From IMG/VR virus record IMGVR_UViG_3300007177_000352, positions 19,385 through 83,384 of that record: DNA of 64,000 nt. One strand, 5' to 3'. Source of the DNA: a virus. Lineage: Duplodnaviria; Caudoviricetes. The notes beneath the pieces were generated by a model. That model ran no database searches, had not been told where the DNA came from, and worked only from the letters and a program-made list of their open reading frames with translations. Below are positions 9,371 to 18,089 of the stretch, one piece after another. Position 1 is the stretch's first letter. The number at the start of each line of letters is the position of its first letter. The translations under genes and the position numbers were made by a program.

Positions 9371-11207
9371 AAACAGGCCACGACCTTATGCTGATATAAT
9401 GGAGGCGTATCAATTCAGTGCTCCTCTCCCTTCTGAATTGCAGATGCAACAGGCCATATTGAATTGGCAAAAGCAAACTCAAGGTGGAGGAGAGGTGAAT
9501 GGAGGTGAGGCGATTGGTATGCAAGTCACCCGAATTGAGAATGACCCTGACTTCATATATGCGCTCCCTTACGTCCTTAACCCCGACCCGGTTTTAGCAA
9601 AGCTAGGCTATTCACAGACGATTCCCGTCTATGAGTGGTTAGCAGAGGATGCACATATCGCTGGTATCATTCAAAGAATGTATGCCGGGTTAGTCAGGTT
9701 TGAAGCGCATGTGCAACCGGGTGGCTTGCGTAAAGTAGATAAACTGGCCGCGGCTTTGTGCGAAAAGATTTTAGATAGACCACCTTCTCCTAACTTCGGG
9801 TGGAATGAGTTATATTTTAAGATGTATGAGGCCGTGTTATATGGCTTTGACCTAAAAGAAATCGTATGGGATTATTCAGGCAAGTATCTTATACCAGTGG
9901 AGTTGATTGATGTACCACGCCGGCGGGTCCTATTCACGCCCTATGGATTGCCATTGATTCGCACCCGCGGGAACTTTTTAGGTGAGGCTCTTAATCCTAA
10001 TAATTACCTCCTCACTCGTCACCGACACACAGTGGATAATCCTTATGGATTTGCCGCGCTATCATCTTGTTATTGGCTAGTGAATTTCAAGAGGATGGTA
10101 ATGGAGTACTATGTAAAGTTTATAGAGAGGCATGGTAGTCCGTGGGCCATTGGGAAGTATCCTCCTGGCACTGATGCCGCGAGTATTGATACCATTCTAA
10201 ACCAGTTGGCTAGTATGCTTGATTCCGCTTGCGCGGCGGTACCGGATAACGTTGCAGTGGAATTTATGGAAGCGAAGTCGTCTGGTGAAAAGATGATTCA
10301 TAGTGGCTTCATAGATGTGGTGAATAGTGAGTTATCTAAAGCGATTCTCTCCTCCACGTTAGGAGTTGAGATTACTGACCAAGGTTCAAGAGCGGCGGCG
10401 GCGACTCATTTAGAATCCGAAGCAATGGTGACAGAGGCACATCGTAAGCTGGTCGCGGCTAGTATGAATAAACTGTTTAGGCTGGTGACGGATTTCAACT
10501 TTGGGGAGAAGGTGAGGTCTCCTTATTTTGAGTTTTATGAGGAGAGTGAAGCTAAGAAGGTAGTGGCAGAGAGTTTTGATATTATTCGTAAGTACCTCCC
10601 TATATCGTTACAGTTCGCCAGTGACCGATTGCAAGTTGAGTTGGCATCCGCAGGGGAGACAATCCTACCTGGGTATGAAGGCGAGTGGGGTGATAAACCA
10701 GAAACACCCAAGCCTAGCACCGTGATAGAGGAGGTAGCAGGTGTGGAGAGTAAAGATGAGGTGGCTGGTGACACAAAACTTGATACCGAGACTGAGTTAC
10801 CAGACGCCGAGGCACAAGTGGAAGATGGTTTAGCATTGCCCACCGACCTTGAACATCGTGACACGGTTGCCTTCTCATCCCCTCCTCCGGTTTGTGATTG
10901 TGACGAGTGTCATGGTGACTGTCATTATGATTACAGAGCCGGGACGAGGTGGGTAGATACACTATCCACTGAACCAGTGGATATAGTGAAGTTACGGTCG
11001 GCTAAGGTTTATAGTCAGTTCCTAAATAAGGACTTTCATAGAATGACTGAGATAGTTGAAAACGCATCCTCATTAGAGGAGTTACAACGTGAGTTGTTTA
11101 ACTTCTATAATGAACCGCGTCAAGAGGCAACGCAAAACCTAGCACAGGCAATGACGTTAGCTTGGTTACTAGGTTATGAAGCGGAACTCAAGCAAGCTAC
11201 TTCTTAA
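9360..11207 (+). CDS. Portal protein (Mu gp29/DUF935 family)
   Basis: Motifs 'A.LYGF...EIVW', 'F.ERHG.P..IGKYP', 'SKAIL..TL......GSRAAA.TH' and C-terminal 'ASSLEEL...L...AM.LA.L.G'. Confidence 0.9.
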   Translation: MRFKNRPRPYADIMEAYQFSAPLPSELQMQQAILNWQKQTQGGGEVNGGEAIGMQVTRIENDPDFIYALPYVLNPDPVLAKLGYSQTIPVYEWLAEDAHIAGIIQRMYAGLVRFEAHVQPGGLRKVDKLAAALCEKILDRPPSPNFGWNELYFKMYEAVLYGFDLKEIVWDYSGKYLIPVELIDVPRRRVLFTPYGLPLIRTRGNFLGEALNPNNYLLTRHRHTVDNPYGFAALSSCYWLVNFKRMVMEYYVKFIERHGSPWAIGKYPPGTDAASIDTILNQLASMLDSACAAVPDNVAVEFMEAKSSGEKMIHSGFIDVVNSELSKAILSSTLGVEITDQGSRAAAATHLESEAMVTEAHRKLVAASMNKLFRLVTDFNFGEKVRSPYFEFYEESEAKKVVAESFDIIRKYLPISLQFASDRLQVELASAGETILPGYEGEWGDKPETPKPSTVIEEVAGVESKDEVAGDTKLDTETELPDAEAQVEDGLALPTDLEHRDTVAFSSPPPVCDCDECHGDCHYDYRAGTRWVDTLSTEPVDIVKLRSAKVYSQFLNKDFHRMTEIVENASSLEELQRELFNFYNEPRQEATQNLAQAMTLAWLLGYEAELKQATS

Positions 11208-11224
11208 CGATAAAGGAGACGAAA

Positions 11225-12040
11225 ATGGATGATACCTTTGATTGGCAAACTGTGCAATTCACGGAGGCCATTGATGTTTTGAGTGACAAGGTAAATATAC
11301 CGGTGGAGGTTAGAGGACAAGTTCTAACTGCTATGCAAGAAACAGCATTCTATGTCACTGGAATGACCCGCGCCGATGCAATCAGTGAAGTGCATGATAG
11401 TCTAAACAACATCATAGCCAATGGCGGCACGATTACGGACTTCAAAAGGGACTTCAAGGCAATCGCAGAGAAGACTGGTTTTACTCCAAAGGAGGGAGTG
11501 GCAAGGCGAGCGGAGGTGGTATTTGAAACGAATATTCATACTGCACTCAATGCCGGGTCGATGCAACGTATGAGGGAAACAGCTACCACCCGGCCGTATG
11601 CTAGTTTGATGACGGCGGGTGGGGCCAGGACATGTGGTAATTGTGCAATGATGGGGGGCGTGACGATGACCATTCAGCAATGGGATACCCGCGGCGGACC
11701 TCCTTTTCACCATCGTTGCCGCTGTGAATTAAGGAGCTTCTCTGTCACGCAAATGGAGAAGTACGGATTAAAGGAATTTAACCCTGACACTGACACAATG
11801 ACCTATCGTGGTAAGAATGGTGAGACTAGGCAAGTGAGTATGAAAGACACGTATCAATACGTTAATCCTCATACTGGTAAGACCGAGACCATCCCAGTGG
11901 GTATCTCACCCGGTTTCAATTATGCGAAGGGATTAGGTGGAACGCAACCCGTGAATGATGCCGTGCAAGCCAAAGTGAGTACATTGCCAGCGACTTTACA
12001 AACGATGGTCAAGACCGACTTTGCAAACGGTGGGCAATAA
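11225..12040 (+). CDS. Minor head protein F (Mu gpF / SPP1 gp7 family)
   Basis: Motifs 'AF.V.G', 'R.EVVFETN...A.NAG', 'PP.HHRCRC' and 'G...GFNY'. Confidence 0.88.
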   Translation: MDDTFDWQTVQFTEAIDVLSDKVNIPVEVRGQVLTAMQETAFYVTGMTRADAISEVHDSLNNIIANGGTITDFKRDFKAIAEKTGFTPKEGVARRAEVVFETNIHTALNAGSMQRMRETATTRPYASLMTAGGARTCGNCAMMGGVTMTIQQWDTRGGPPFHHRCRCELRSFSVTQMEKYGLKEFNPDTDTMTYRGKNGETRQVSMKDTYQYVNPHTGKTETIPVGISPGFNYAKGLGGTQPVNDAVQAKVSTLPATLQTMVKTDFANGGQ

Positions 12041-12041
12041 A

Positions 12042-12071
12042 AAACCGGCGGGTGATTTAACCCGCCGGTTT
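12042..12071. terminator. Bidirectional intrinsic terminator
   Basis: AAACCGGCGGG-TGATTTAA-CCCGCCGGTTT between convergent genes. Confidence 0.85.
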
Positions 12072-12074
12072 AAG

Positions 12075-12581
12075 TTAAGCATCCTTACTTGAAAGGAGTG
12101 GTTTACGTCGCCGCTCCTTTGGCCTAACCCACACCCGGGCCATTTGACTCTTAGTCTTCTTAATGGCAGGCATGGCTTCTATCTTCCTAATCCAACCTCT
12201 GTCACTTAAAATCCGTGCCAAAAGATGTTTATCCGGTCTCCTAGTTGATAGGTCATTGGGATAAAACCTTTCTAGGAATGATTGAGTGACAATCTCTTCT
12301 GGTGACTCAGTAGAGAGGTATTCATTGAGAGTCTTTTCTATCTCATTACGCCGAGGGTTAATCCATTTTGGATTAGGTTGGTTACTCCACACCCATCCTC
12401 CAGGTGAGTTATATTTGCAATAACCTCGGTCCTTGAGGACGTGTGATAGCAGGTGTTTATCACCCCGCGGTGGATTAGGGCCCAGCACGTCCTCACTGGT
12501 AAAGAGGTCAGCGGACGGGTTAATGGTAAGGTATTTTAGAAACTGAGTTTCTATATGTCTCGTCCTGATTTCGTTACTCAT
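12075..12581 (-). CDS. Hypothetical protein with two internal repeats (possible tandem winged-helix)
   Basis: DKHLLSHVLKDRGY and DKHLLARILSDRGW. Start 12581 is preferred (12605 possible). Confidence 0.5.
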   Translation of the reverse strand: MSNEIRTRHIETQFLKYLTINPSADLFTSEDVLGPNPPRGDKHLLSHVLKDRGYCKYNSPGGWVWSNQPNPKWINPRRNEIEKTLNEYLSTESPEEIVTQSFLERFYPNDLSTRRPDKHLLARILSDRGWIRKIEAMPAIKKTKSQMARVWVRPKERRRKPLLSSKDA

Positions 12582-13842
12582 TTGGCATCCTCTGTAGATA
12601 GGCATTTAAAGTAACTCGCGCAATACCTGACAGCTTTTGCATTTCAGATATGTTGCCGTTGCAAACACGATGCAATGCGGTAATGTATTGCATCATCAAT
12701 TGATTCTGGAATTGTTCCATCACGGTGGCTTTGTTCGGAATAGAGTTAAATCTTAGAACAAAACCAGTGTCAGTCGCCTCCTTATCCACCTCCACCGTCT
12801 CGGCTGGCGTAACATCCATATCGTCACTGCCATTCAGCATGTCTTTTACTAGCTTGACACTCACCTCACCCTCCTCCTTAAAAATCGCAATCCGTTGGCA
12901 AACTTGTTTCAACTCACGGACGTTGCCAGGCCAATTTAGACCGGTCAAGTAGTCCACCGCCTTTTCGCTGAATTGCACTCCCGTTAGGAACGTCTTTAGG
13001 AGTAACGGAATATCCTCTCTTCTCGTGCGCAACGAAGGCACTTCAATGGTGAATCCATTGAGTCTATAGTAAAGGTCTTCCCTGAATTTACGTTCCCTGA
13101 CTAGTTGCTTTAGTGAGTGGTGAGTCGCGCAAATAACACGCGCACTGGTATGCTGTGCCTTAGTATCGCCCACTTTGACGTAAGTACCGTTTTCAAGTAC
13201 CCTTAGCAACTGGGCCTGGCATTGCATTGGCATGTCACCCACCTCGTCCAAAAATAGGGTGCCGCCATTGGCCTCCTCAAATAACCCAATCTTATTTCTG
13301 TCTGCCCCCGTGAAGGCGCCCTTGACATGACCAAAGAGTTCTGAATTAAGAAGCTCCGCCGTGAAGCCGGCGCAGTTTATTTTCACAAACTCACCTTGAC
13401 GGCCTGACAGGCTATGCAGGTCGGTTGCAACTAATTCTTTACCTACCCCCGTTTCCCCATGAATGTACACTGGGATTGCATGGGGGGCGAGCTTCGCAAT
13501 GACCTTTTTTAAGTCGTTAATGGGCTTGGATTCGCCAATGATGCAACTGGTGATTTTTAATCCCAAAGCACGCTTGAGGTCGTCCACCGTGAATGGATTG
13601 ACCAGCGGGGTGAGGTTTTGTTGACGGTGGTAGTTTGCCTTTTCTGATGTGCAAATGATTATCCCCTCCGTCGGCGCGAAGCTCTCGTCAACTATCTGTA
13701 TATCCGCCTCCCCAGTAAACTCGTCAAATTGACGGAAGGAGGTGATGGCCATCGTGTGGTATCCCAACGATTTGGCAGCTTTTTCTAATGATACCGCTAA
13801 ATCCTGCGAAGGTGTTGCTATTAATATTGTCTGCTTTTTCAT
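12574..13842 (-). CDS. Sigma-54-dependent enhancer-binding activator (NtrC/Fis family) with degenerate receiver domain
   Basis: Walker [15 protein letters not shown] loop, Walker [26 protein letters not shown], and a Fis-type HTH ([17 protein letters not shown]). Confidence 0.93.
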   Translation of the reverse strand: MKKQTILIATPSQDLAVSLEKAAKSLGYHTMAITSFRQFDEFTGEADIQIVDESFAPTEGIIICTSEKANYHRQQNLTPLVNPFTVDDLKRALGLKITSCIIGESKPINDLKKVIAKLAPHAIPVYIHGETGVGKELVATDLHSLSGRQGEFVKINCAGFTAELLNSELFGHVKGAFTGADRNKIGLFEEANGGTLFLDEVGDMPMQCQAQLLRVLENGTYVKVGDTKAQHTSARVICATHHSLKQLVRERKFREDLYYRLNGFTIEVPSLRTRREDIPLLLKTFLTGVQFSEKAVDYLTGLNWPGNVRELKQVCQRIAIFKEEGEVSVKLVKDMLNGSDDMDVTPAETVEVDKEATDTGFVLRFNSIPNKATVMEQFQNQLMMQYITALHRVCNGNISEMQKLSGIARVTLNAYLQRMPNE

Positions 13843-13874
13843 GTGATTAATACCGCTGTTTGCTTACTCCCTAT

Positions 13875-13902
13875 AATATAGTATTATTTTTCTATTTTTC
13901 AA
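13875..13902 (-). promoter_or_regulatory. Possible sigma-70 promoter for the activator gene
   Basis: TTGAAA-16-TATATT on the minus strand. Confidence 0.4.
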
Positions 13903-13988
13903 TACACTTTAATAAAAAAAATTTTCGTATATCCACTTTATCGCCGCGGTGGTAAAAAAATACCCATACCGCGGGGGGCGGTAGGGGG

Positions 13989-14007
13989 TATTTTCACAGT
14001 GAAAATA
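13989..14007. promoter_or_regulatory. Perfect 9-1-9 palindrome (operator-like)
   Basis: TATTTTCAC-A-GTGAAAATA. Confidence 0.45.
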
Positions 14008-14030
14008 GTCTTATGCAAATTAATGAAATA

Positions 14031-14070
14031 AAAAACCGCCAGTGAGTGATAAAACTCACTGGCGGTTTTT
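14031..14070. terminator. Bidirectional intrinsic terminator
   Basis: AAAAACCGCCAGTGAGT-GATAAA-ACTCACTGGCGGTTTTT directly after the stop of 14070..14294. Confidence 0.85.
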
Positions 14071-14294
14071 TAGTTGGCCTTGATTTTTAAGGAATCTAAA
14101 ACCAATATACCCATTCCAGAAAGAATTAACATGAAACCACCGAAGGCAAAACCGAGAGTCTTTATCTCCTCATAAAAATGAGGAGGCATCGGTATCATTG
14201 ATATATATGCTAGGGTAAATAATAAAAGCCCACCTACAAGGTGTGGCATGGCCTTGCAAGCCACTTTCAATTCTTCAATCGTTTTCAATTGCAT
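14070..14294 (-). CDS. Small two-TM membrane protein
   Basis: ATG 14294 with GGAGG RBS and two hydrophobic segments. Confidence 0.55.
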   Translation of the reverse strand: MQLKTIEELKVACKAMPHLVGGLLLFTLAYISMIPMPPHFYEEIKTLGFAFGGFMLILSGMGILVLDSLKIKAN

Positions 14295-14347
14295 CTTTAA
14301 TCCTCCATTTATTAAGTGGGCGGCGAGACAGTTCGCCACCTACTTAA

Positions 14348-14376
14348 ATAGTAACGTCAAGTTTATCAAAAGTCAA
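14348..14376 (-). promoter_or_regulatory. Sigma-70 promoter
   Basis: TTGACT-17-TACTAT upstream of 14294. Confidence 0.65.
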
Positions 14377-14393
14377 TACCCTTTCAAAATTTT

Positions 14394-14915
14394 TTACACT
14401 CCTCCCCTTTCTATCCACCGACCCAATAACCAGAGTAAATCAGATAGCCTATTTAGGTATTGAATAACCAGTGGACTGACATACTCACCAGTGTCTTTTA
14501 ACGCAACCGCGGTACGTTCCACCCGACGGCATACCGTCCTAGCTACCTCCAAAAAAGCTACGTCCACTCGGTCGCCAGGTATCGCCCAATCGTACTCACC
14601 TTTATTCAACTGGTATCTACTCCGTAGGTTTTCTAAACTGGGGAGTAATTGGTTTTCAGTCAAGAGAGCGTGAATCTTGCATTTGCTATCGGGCGACGCT
14701 AGGGAGGAGCCGATGTTAAATAGCTGGCTTTGCAGTGTCTTTAAAAGAGTAAAGACCTCACTCTTAGATTTGTTGAATGCCCTTGCCACTCCTAAGTTTG
14801 CAACCAGTTCGTCTATCTCACCAGTCACCTGTATTCTTAGGTCGGCCTTTGATACACGACCGGGCCCTATAAGTCCTGTTTGCCCATTGTCACCATCACG
14901 GGTTGTTATACTCAT
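14394..14915 (-). CDS. pduO: PduO-type ATP:cob(I)alamin adenosyltransferase
   Basis: Motifs 'ITTRDGDNGQTGL', 'VSK.D.RI...G.IDEL...LG.AR', 'VARTVCRRVER' and 'YLNRLSD'. ATG 14915 with AGAGG RBS. Confidence 0.92.
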   Translation of the reverse strand: MSITTRDGDNGQTGLIGPGRVSKADLRIQVTGEIDELVANLGVARAFNKSKSEVFTLLKTLQSQLFNIGSSLASPDSKCKIHALLTENQLLPSLENLRSRYQLNKGEYDWAIPGDRVDVAFLEVARTVCRRVERTAVALKDTGEYVSPLVIQYLNRLSDLLWLLGRWIERGGV

Positions 14916-14987
14916 ACTCGCCTCTAATAAAAGAACCTTGAAATTGATAAATATGTAGTCCAAACCATCAATCATCAATCTAACCAA

Positions 14988-15020
14988 CCCCGCTAGTTTA
15001 TAAGACTAGCGGGGTTTTTT
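14988..15020 (+). terminator. Intrinsic terminator hairpin (U-tract on the + strand) between nrdJ and pduO
   Basis: CCCCGCTAGT-TTATAAG-ACTAGCGGGG-TTTTTT. Confidence 0.65.
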
Positions 15021-15027
15021 ATTGGGA

Positions 15028-17019
15028 TTAGCTAATCACACCACATACGCCGTTGTCACAATTATCGGTGCCAGCATCGCGGTCAAAGCCTTGACTAGCA
15101 CTAAACCGTTCCCAATCAATGGGCTTGAGTTTAGTTGAGTAGGCATTAAACACCGCTTCGCTGACCGGGGTCTGTGGCAAGTATAATCCGGGGGTGACAT
15201 TCTTTAGGTCAAACCGCGGCATAAACGCCGTCCCTACATACGAATCCCAATTCTTGTGTAACCAGTCGGCTATTGAAGGTATCTCGTCAGGGAGGTACGT
15301 TATTGTGCAACTGGCATTCGTGTCGCACCAATTGTCCATCATCCGCCGATAGTTTTCTAACTGGTCAAGGGCACCGTGTCTCTCCACCTCCACCCCGTCG
15401 CTATCCATTCGCCACTTGAAGTTTGGATTATCCCATTTGATAGGGAAGTTGATTAGCACGTTGCCGGGTGTCAAGGGATTGGGCTTGACCTCGTAGCCGT
15501 GCGATTCTAAGAGAGAGACCACAGGGTCGTCGCTGTTAAAATTCTGGTAGTTAAAGATGTGCTTCGCCAGTGGGTGATGTAATCCCTCACTCACCCCCGC
15601 GGCTTTGCCAGCTGTGCCATCGGGCTTGACCGTGGTGACGTAATAGGGGAGAGGTAGGCCCAACTCTCTGGCCATTGAGTGCGCACCGTGAGTCGCCGCC
15701 GCCCGAAGTCGCCGCCATTGTGCCTGCGTAAGTCCACTCTCGGCCACGCCCATGACGCCCAGACCTACCAGACGGAAGTGTTGATTGTTGCGGTGCCAAC
15801 GTTCACTTAATACACCGTCTTTTAGGTCAACGCACGTTTGTACATACGCCGCCCGTGCTAAATAGTATGCAGTGTCAAATAACTCAGTCAGGTTATGCCA
15901 TGCCGACTGGGCGACATTTAAGACCACTTGGTTGCATAACCCACCATTGACCAATGGCTGTTCACCGCACGGGTTTATCACGATAGCGTCTTCAAAACGA
16001 GACCGTAACGCTTCAGTATTGCAGATACCTGGATCACCACTGTCTCCATTTTCTAGGATTGTTTGCATAAGCTCATGGAGTGTGGATAAGCTAGGCCGCG
16101 TCTCAAATAGCACCGTGTTGTTAGTCATCCCCCGCCACATCTTGTTAACCTCCCAGAATTTACGCTTGACACTCATAAACTGGTCGATGTCACGATGGGT
16201 ATTGGATAGCATCACCAAGCCAGCGGAACGCCGACTTGATAGGGTCTCGCCGGTTAAGGCAAATATGTCCAGGAGGTCTATGACGGATAACGCACGACCT
16301 ACCCTGCTATTTAAGATATGGGCAATTATCTCAAAGGAACGCGCTATCTTTTCGTCCCCACTGGTTCGCCAGCCATAGCCGCTAGTCACCTGTCCCTTGC
16401 CGCGGATTTCTGAAAAATCTAAGACCAGTTTTTTGGCAATGACATTCCTGCCCTCATACTCATGGGCCACTAGCTTCCCCAATGCCTTCGCCCATGCCAC
16501 TGCACTGTCGCCTACCTTGATTGTCCACACGCCGTCGGTCAAGGTCTCCTCATTTTTGGGATTGCCTTTCTCAACACGATTTGAATGGATAACCTGTATC
16601 TCTGGAATTGGTTGTGCGAAGCCAAACAGGCAACCACTCTGGGGACGAATGGATACCCCGCAACCTTGCAATAGCAACCAATAGGCGTCTACCACATCAT
16701 AGACCGTCTCGTACTGCAAGCCGGCGCAATTAAATGATGTGACCTCCACCTCACGGGATTTTTCAGTGTCACCCATCCATTTGACCCGGCCTGCTAAAAA
16801 GCCCCGCCGTTCCATTTGAATTTGATGCAAGATGGTCAACTCGCGTTCCTCTGCTACGTTCAAAGGACGGCCTAGTTGACGCTCCCGTAGCCATCTTTGA
16901 TGACGGCCTACCCTATGGTAAATATCCTTCCTGGATTCCAGTTGACCATTGGGGAGTACACGGGCGTATTTTTGCAATTCCGTTACCATTGCCCTGACTT
17001 CTTTCGAGTCCATTAGCAT
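15028..17019 (-). CDS. nrdJ: Class II adenosylcobalamin-dependent ribonucleotide reductase (monomeric RTPR-like)
   Basis: Motifs 'FNCA', 'RRSAG', 'NPCGEQ', 'R.VGLG.MG', 'TTVKP.GT', 'N.SCTI' and a C-terminal CX4C redox pair (CDNGVC). Confidence 0.92.
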   Translation of the reverse strand: MLMDSKEVRAMVTELQKYARVLPNGQLESRKDIYHRVGRHQRWLRERQLGRPLNVAEERELTILHQIQMERRGFLAGRVKWMGDTEKSREVEVTSFNCAGLQYETVYDVVDAYWLLLQGCGVSIRPQSGCLFGFAQPIPEIQVIHSNRVEKGNPKNEETLTDGVWTIKVGDSAVAWAKALGKLVAHEYEGRNVIAKKLVLDFSEIRGKGQVTSGYGWRTSGDEKIARSFEIIAHILNSRVGRALSVIDLLDIFALTGETLSSRRSAGLVMLSNTHRDIDQFMSVKRKFWEVNKMWRGMTNNTVLFETRPSLSTLHELMQTILENGDSGDPGICNTEALRSRFEDAIVINPCGEQPLVNGGLCNQVVLNVAQSAWHNLTELFDTAYYLARAAYVQTCVDLKDGVLSERWHRNNQHFRLVGLGVMGVAESGLTQAQWRRLRAAATHGAHSMARELGLPLPYYVTTVKPDGTAGKAAGVSEGLHHPLAKHIFNYQNFNSDDPVVSLLESHGYEVKPNPLTPGNVLINFPIKWDNPNFKWRMDSDGVEVERHGALDQLENYRRMMDNWCDTNASCTITYLPDEIPSIADWLHKNWDSYVGTAFMPRFDLKNVTPGLYLPQTPVSEAVFNAYSTKLKPIDWERFSASQGFDRDAGTDNCDNGVCGVIS

Positions 17020-17053
17020 ATCTGTTATTTCCTCTATATAAGGAGTTGTTAAT

Positions 17054-17076
17054 AAAATTGTATAGTGATTTTACAT
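17054..17076. promoter_or_regulatory. Conserved motif TTGTATAG-NN-ATTTTA upstream of nrdJ
   Basis: 22/23 identity to 27403..27425. On the minus strand it also reads TTAACA-17-TACAAT. Confidence 0.5.
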
Positions 17077-17081
17077 CGATG

Positions 17082-17381
17082 TTAATCGCATTGCGTTTCT
17101 AGCCACGTCAATGCCCTCTCGTACAACTCGTAAGGATGCGCAGAGCCTTGATTTATGCGGTGTTTCAGACTCTGTATGAAGCGGTTAGCTAGTGCGAGAG
17201 GGTCCGCCGCCTTGGTTAGCAGTTTCTCTATATAGTTATTATTGCCAAATCCGTGCCCATAAATCTTATGCAGTTCAGAGGCAATTAGCGCGGTGGCATC
17301 GGTTGCTACATGGGCATGGGGGACATGGGTTATTGTGCCATCATGGTTCACAAAGCAGTATTGTACTCGTTTATTTTTCAC
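17082..17381 (-). CDS. Hypothetical protein
   Basis: 99-aa ORF co-oriented with nrdJ. Confidence 0.45.
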   Translation of the reverse strand: MKNKRVQYCFVNHDGTITHVPHAHVATDATALIASELHKIYGHGFGNNNYIEKLLTKAADPLALANRFIQSLKHRINQGSAHPYELYERALTWLETQCD

Positions 17382-17419
17382 GGTTAAGTTGAAAATACTT
17401 TGACGTTTAGTGGTGATTA

Positions 17420-17945
17420 TATCTGTCTAGGTCCCTTTGGCTTGTATAGGTCCAAGACTTTATGTCTATGACCTAGTTTGCGAGTCCTAGACATTGGAAA
17501 CCCGCATGGATAAAGGCTTGTAAGGTCCGTGAAGGTCAAAAGGCACTTTTCGAACTTCTTTCTATAGAAAGTTTTTTTCAAAAAAGATTGCATAATATAT
17601 TATCTTAAAAAGGACCTATACGACCTATACAGACCTTACAAGCCTTTATCCATGCGGTTCTTAGAGTGTATAGGACCTCTTTAAGAGACTCATACACGTC
17701 TAGGTCCCTCTATTTTAGAAAAAAGTCCTTAGAATAGTTGAATCTCTAATCCATTCAAAGACTTACCTAAGATTGCCATGATACTGTCTAGGTCCAGGTC
17801 CTCTACAATCCGTTTCAAAAAAGTTGTCAATTTGGGTACTTTTTCGTTTACAGAAACCTAGCAACCATGCGGTTCTTAGCATACCCATCGAGGCACTTTT
17901 CACACTGTCTAGGTCCTAGACGGCGTGAATGCCCTAGACAAGATT
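17420..17945. repeat. Non-coding repeat-rich element A (origin-like); homologous in inverted orientation to about 59996..60232
   Basis: Many GTATAGGTC / TCTAGGTCC boxes, a perfect 26-bp inverted repeat (17502-17527 / 17632-17657), and CCATGCGGTTCTTAG present twice. Confidence 0.75.
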
Positions 17946-18020
17946 GACGGCCTTTTAAGTTTTTCAGTCGCCAGTCACTAGTCCTACCTATACAATTTTT
18001 TTAAAATTTTTCTGAAACTA

Positions 18021-18049
18021 TTGACAATTGATTTGGTATCAAATATACT
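18021..18049 (+). promoter_or_regulatory. Near-consensus sigma-70 promoter for dnaN
   Basis: TTGACA-17-TATACT. Confidence 0.85.
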
Positions 18050-18089
18050 ATCAATAATAGTAAAAATTACCTCACCTATAAACCATCTT

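Noticed and set aside
17054-17082. Sigma-54 promoter for nrdJ
   Set aside because: No TGGC-N9-GC/GA element lies between the shared motif and the start codon. A sigma-70-like TTAACA-17-TACAAT fits better.
186-17392. Short antisense or out-of-frame ORFs within the head, tail, activator and RNR genes (e.g. 6096..6593, 15872..16378)
   Set aside because: They fully overlap well-supported genes and lack motifs or RBS.
13842-17420. Cobalamin riboswitch near pduO/nrdJ
   Set aside because: The intergenic gaps are short and I could not find B12-box consensus. An Rfam scan would be decisive.
17632-17657. DnaA boxes (TTATCCATG) in the 26-mer
   Set aside because: Only 7/9 match to TTATCCACA, too weak to call.
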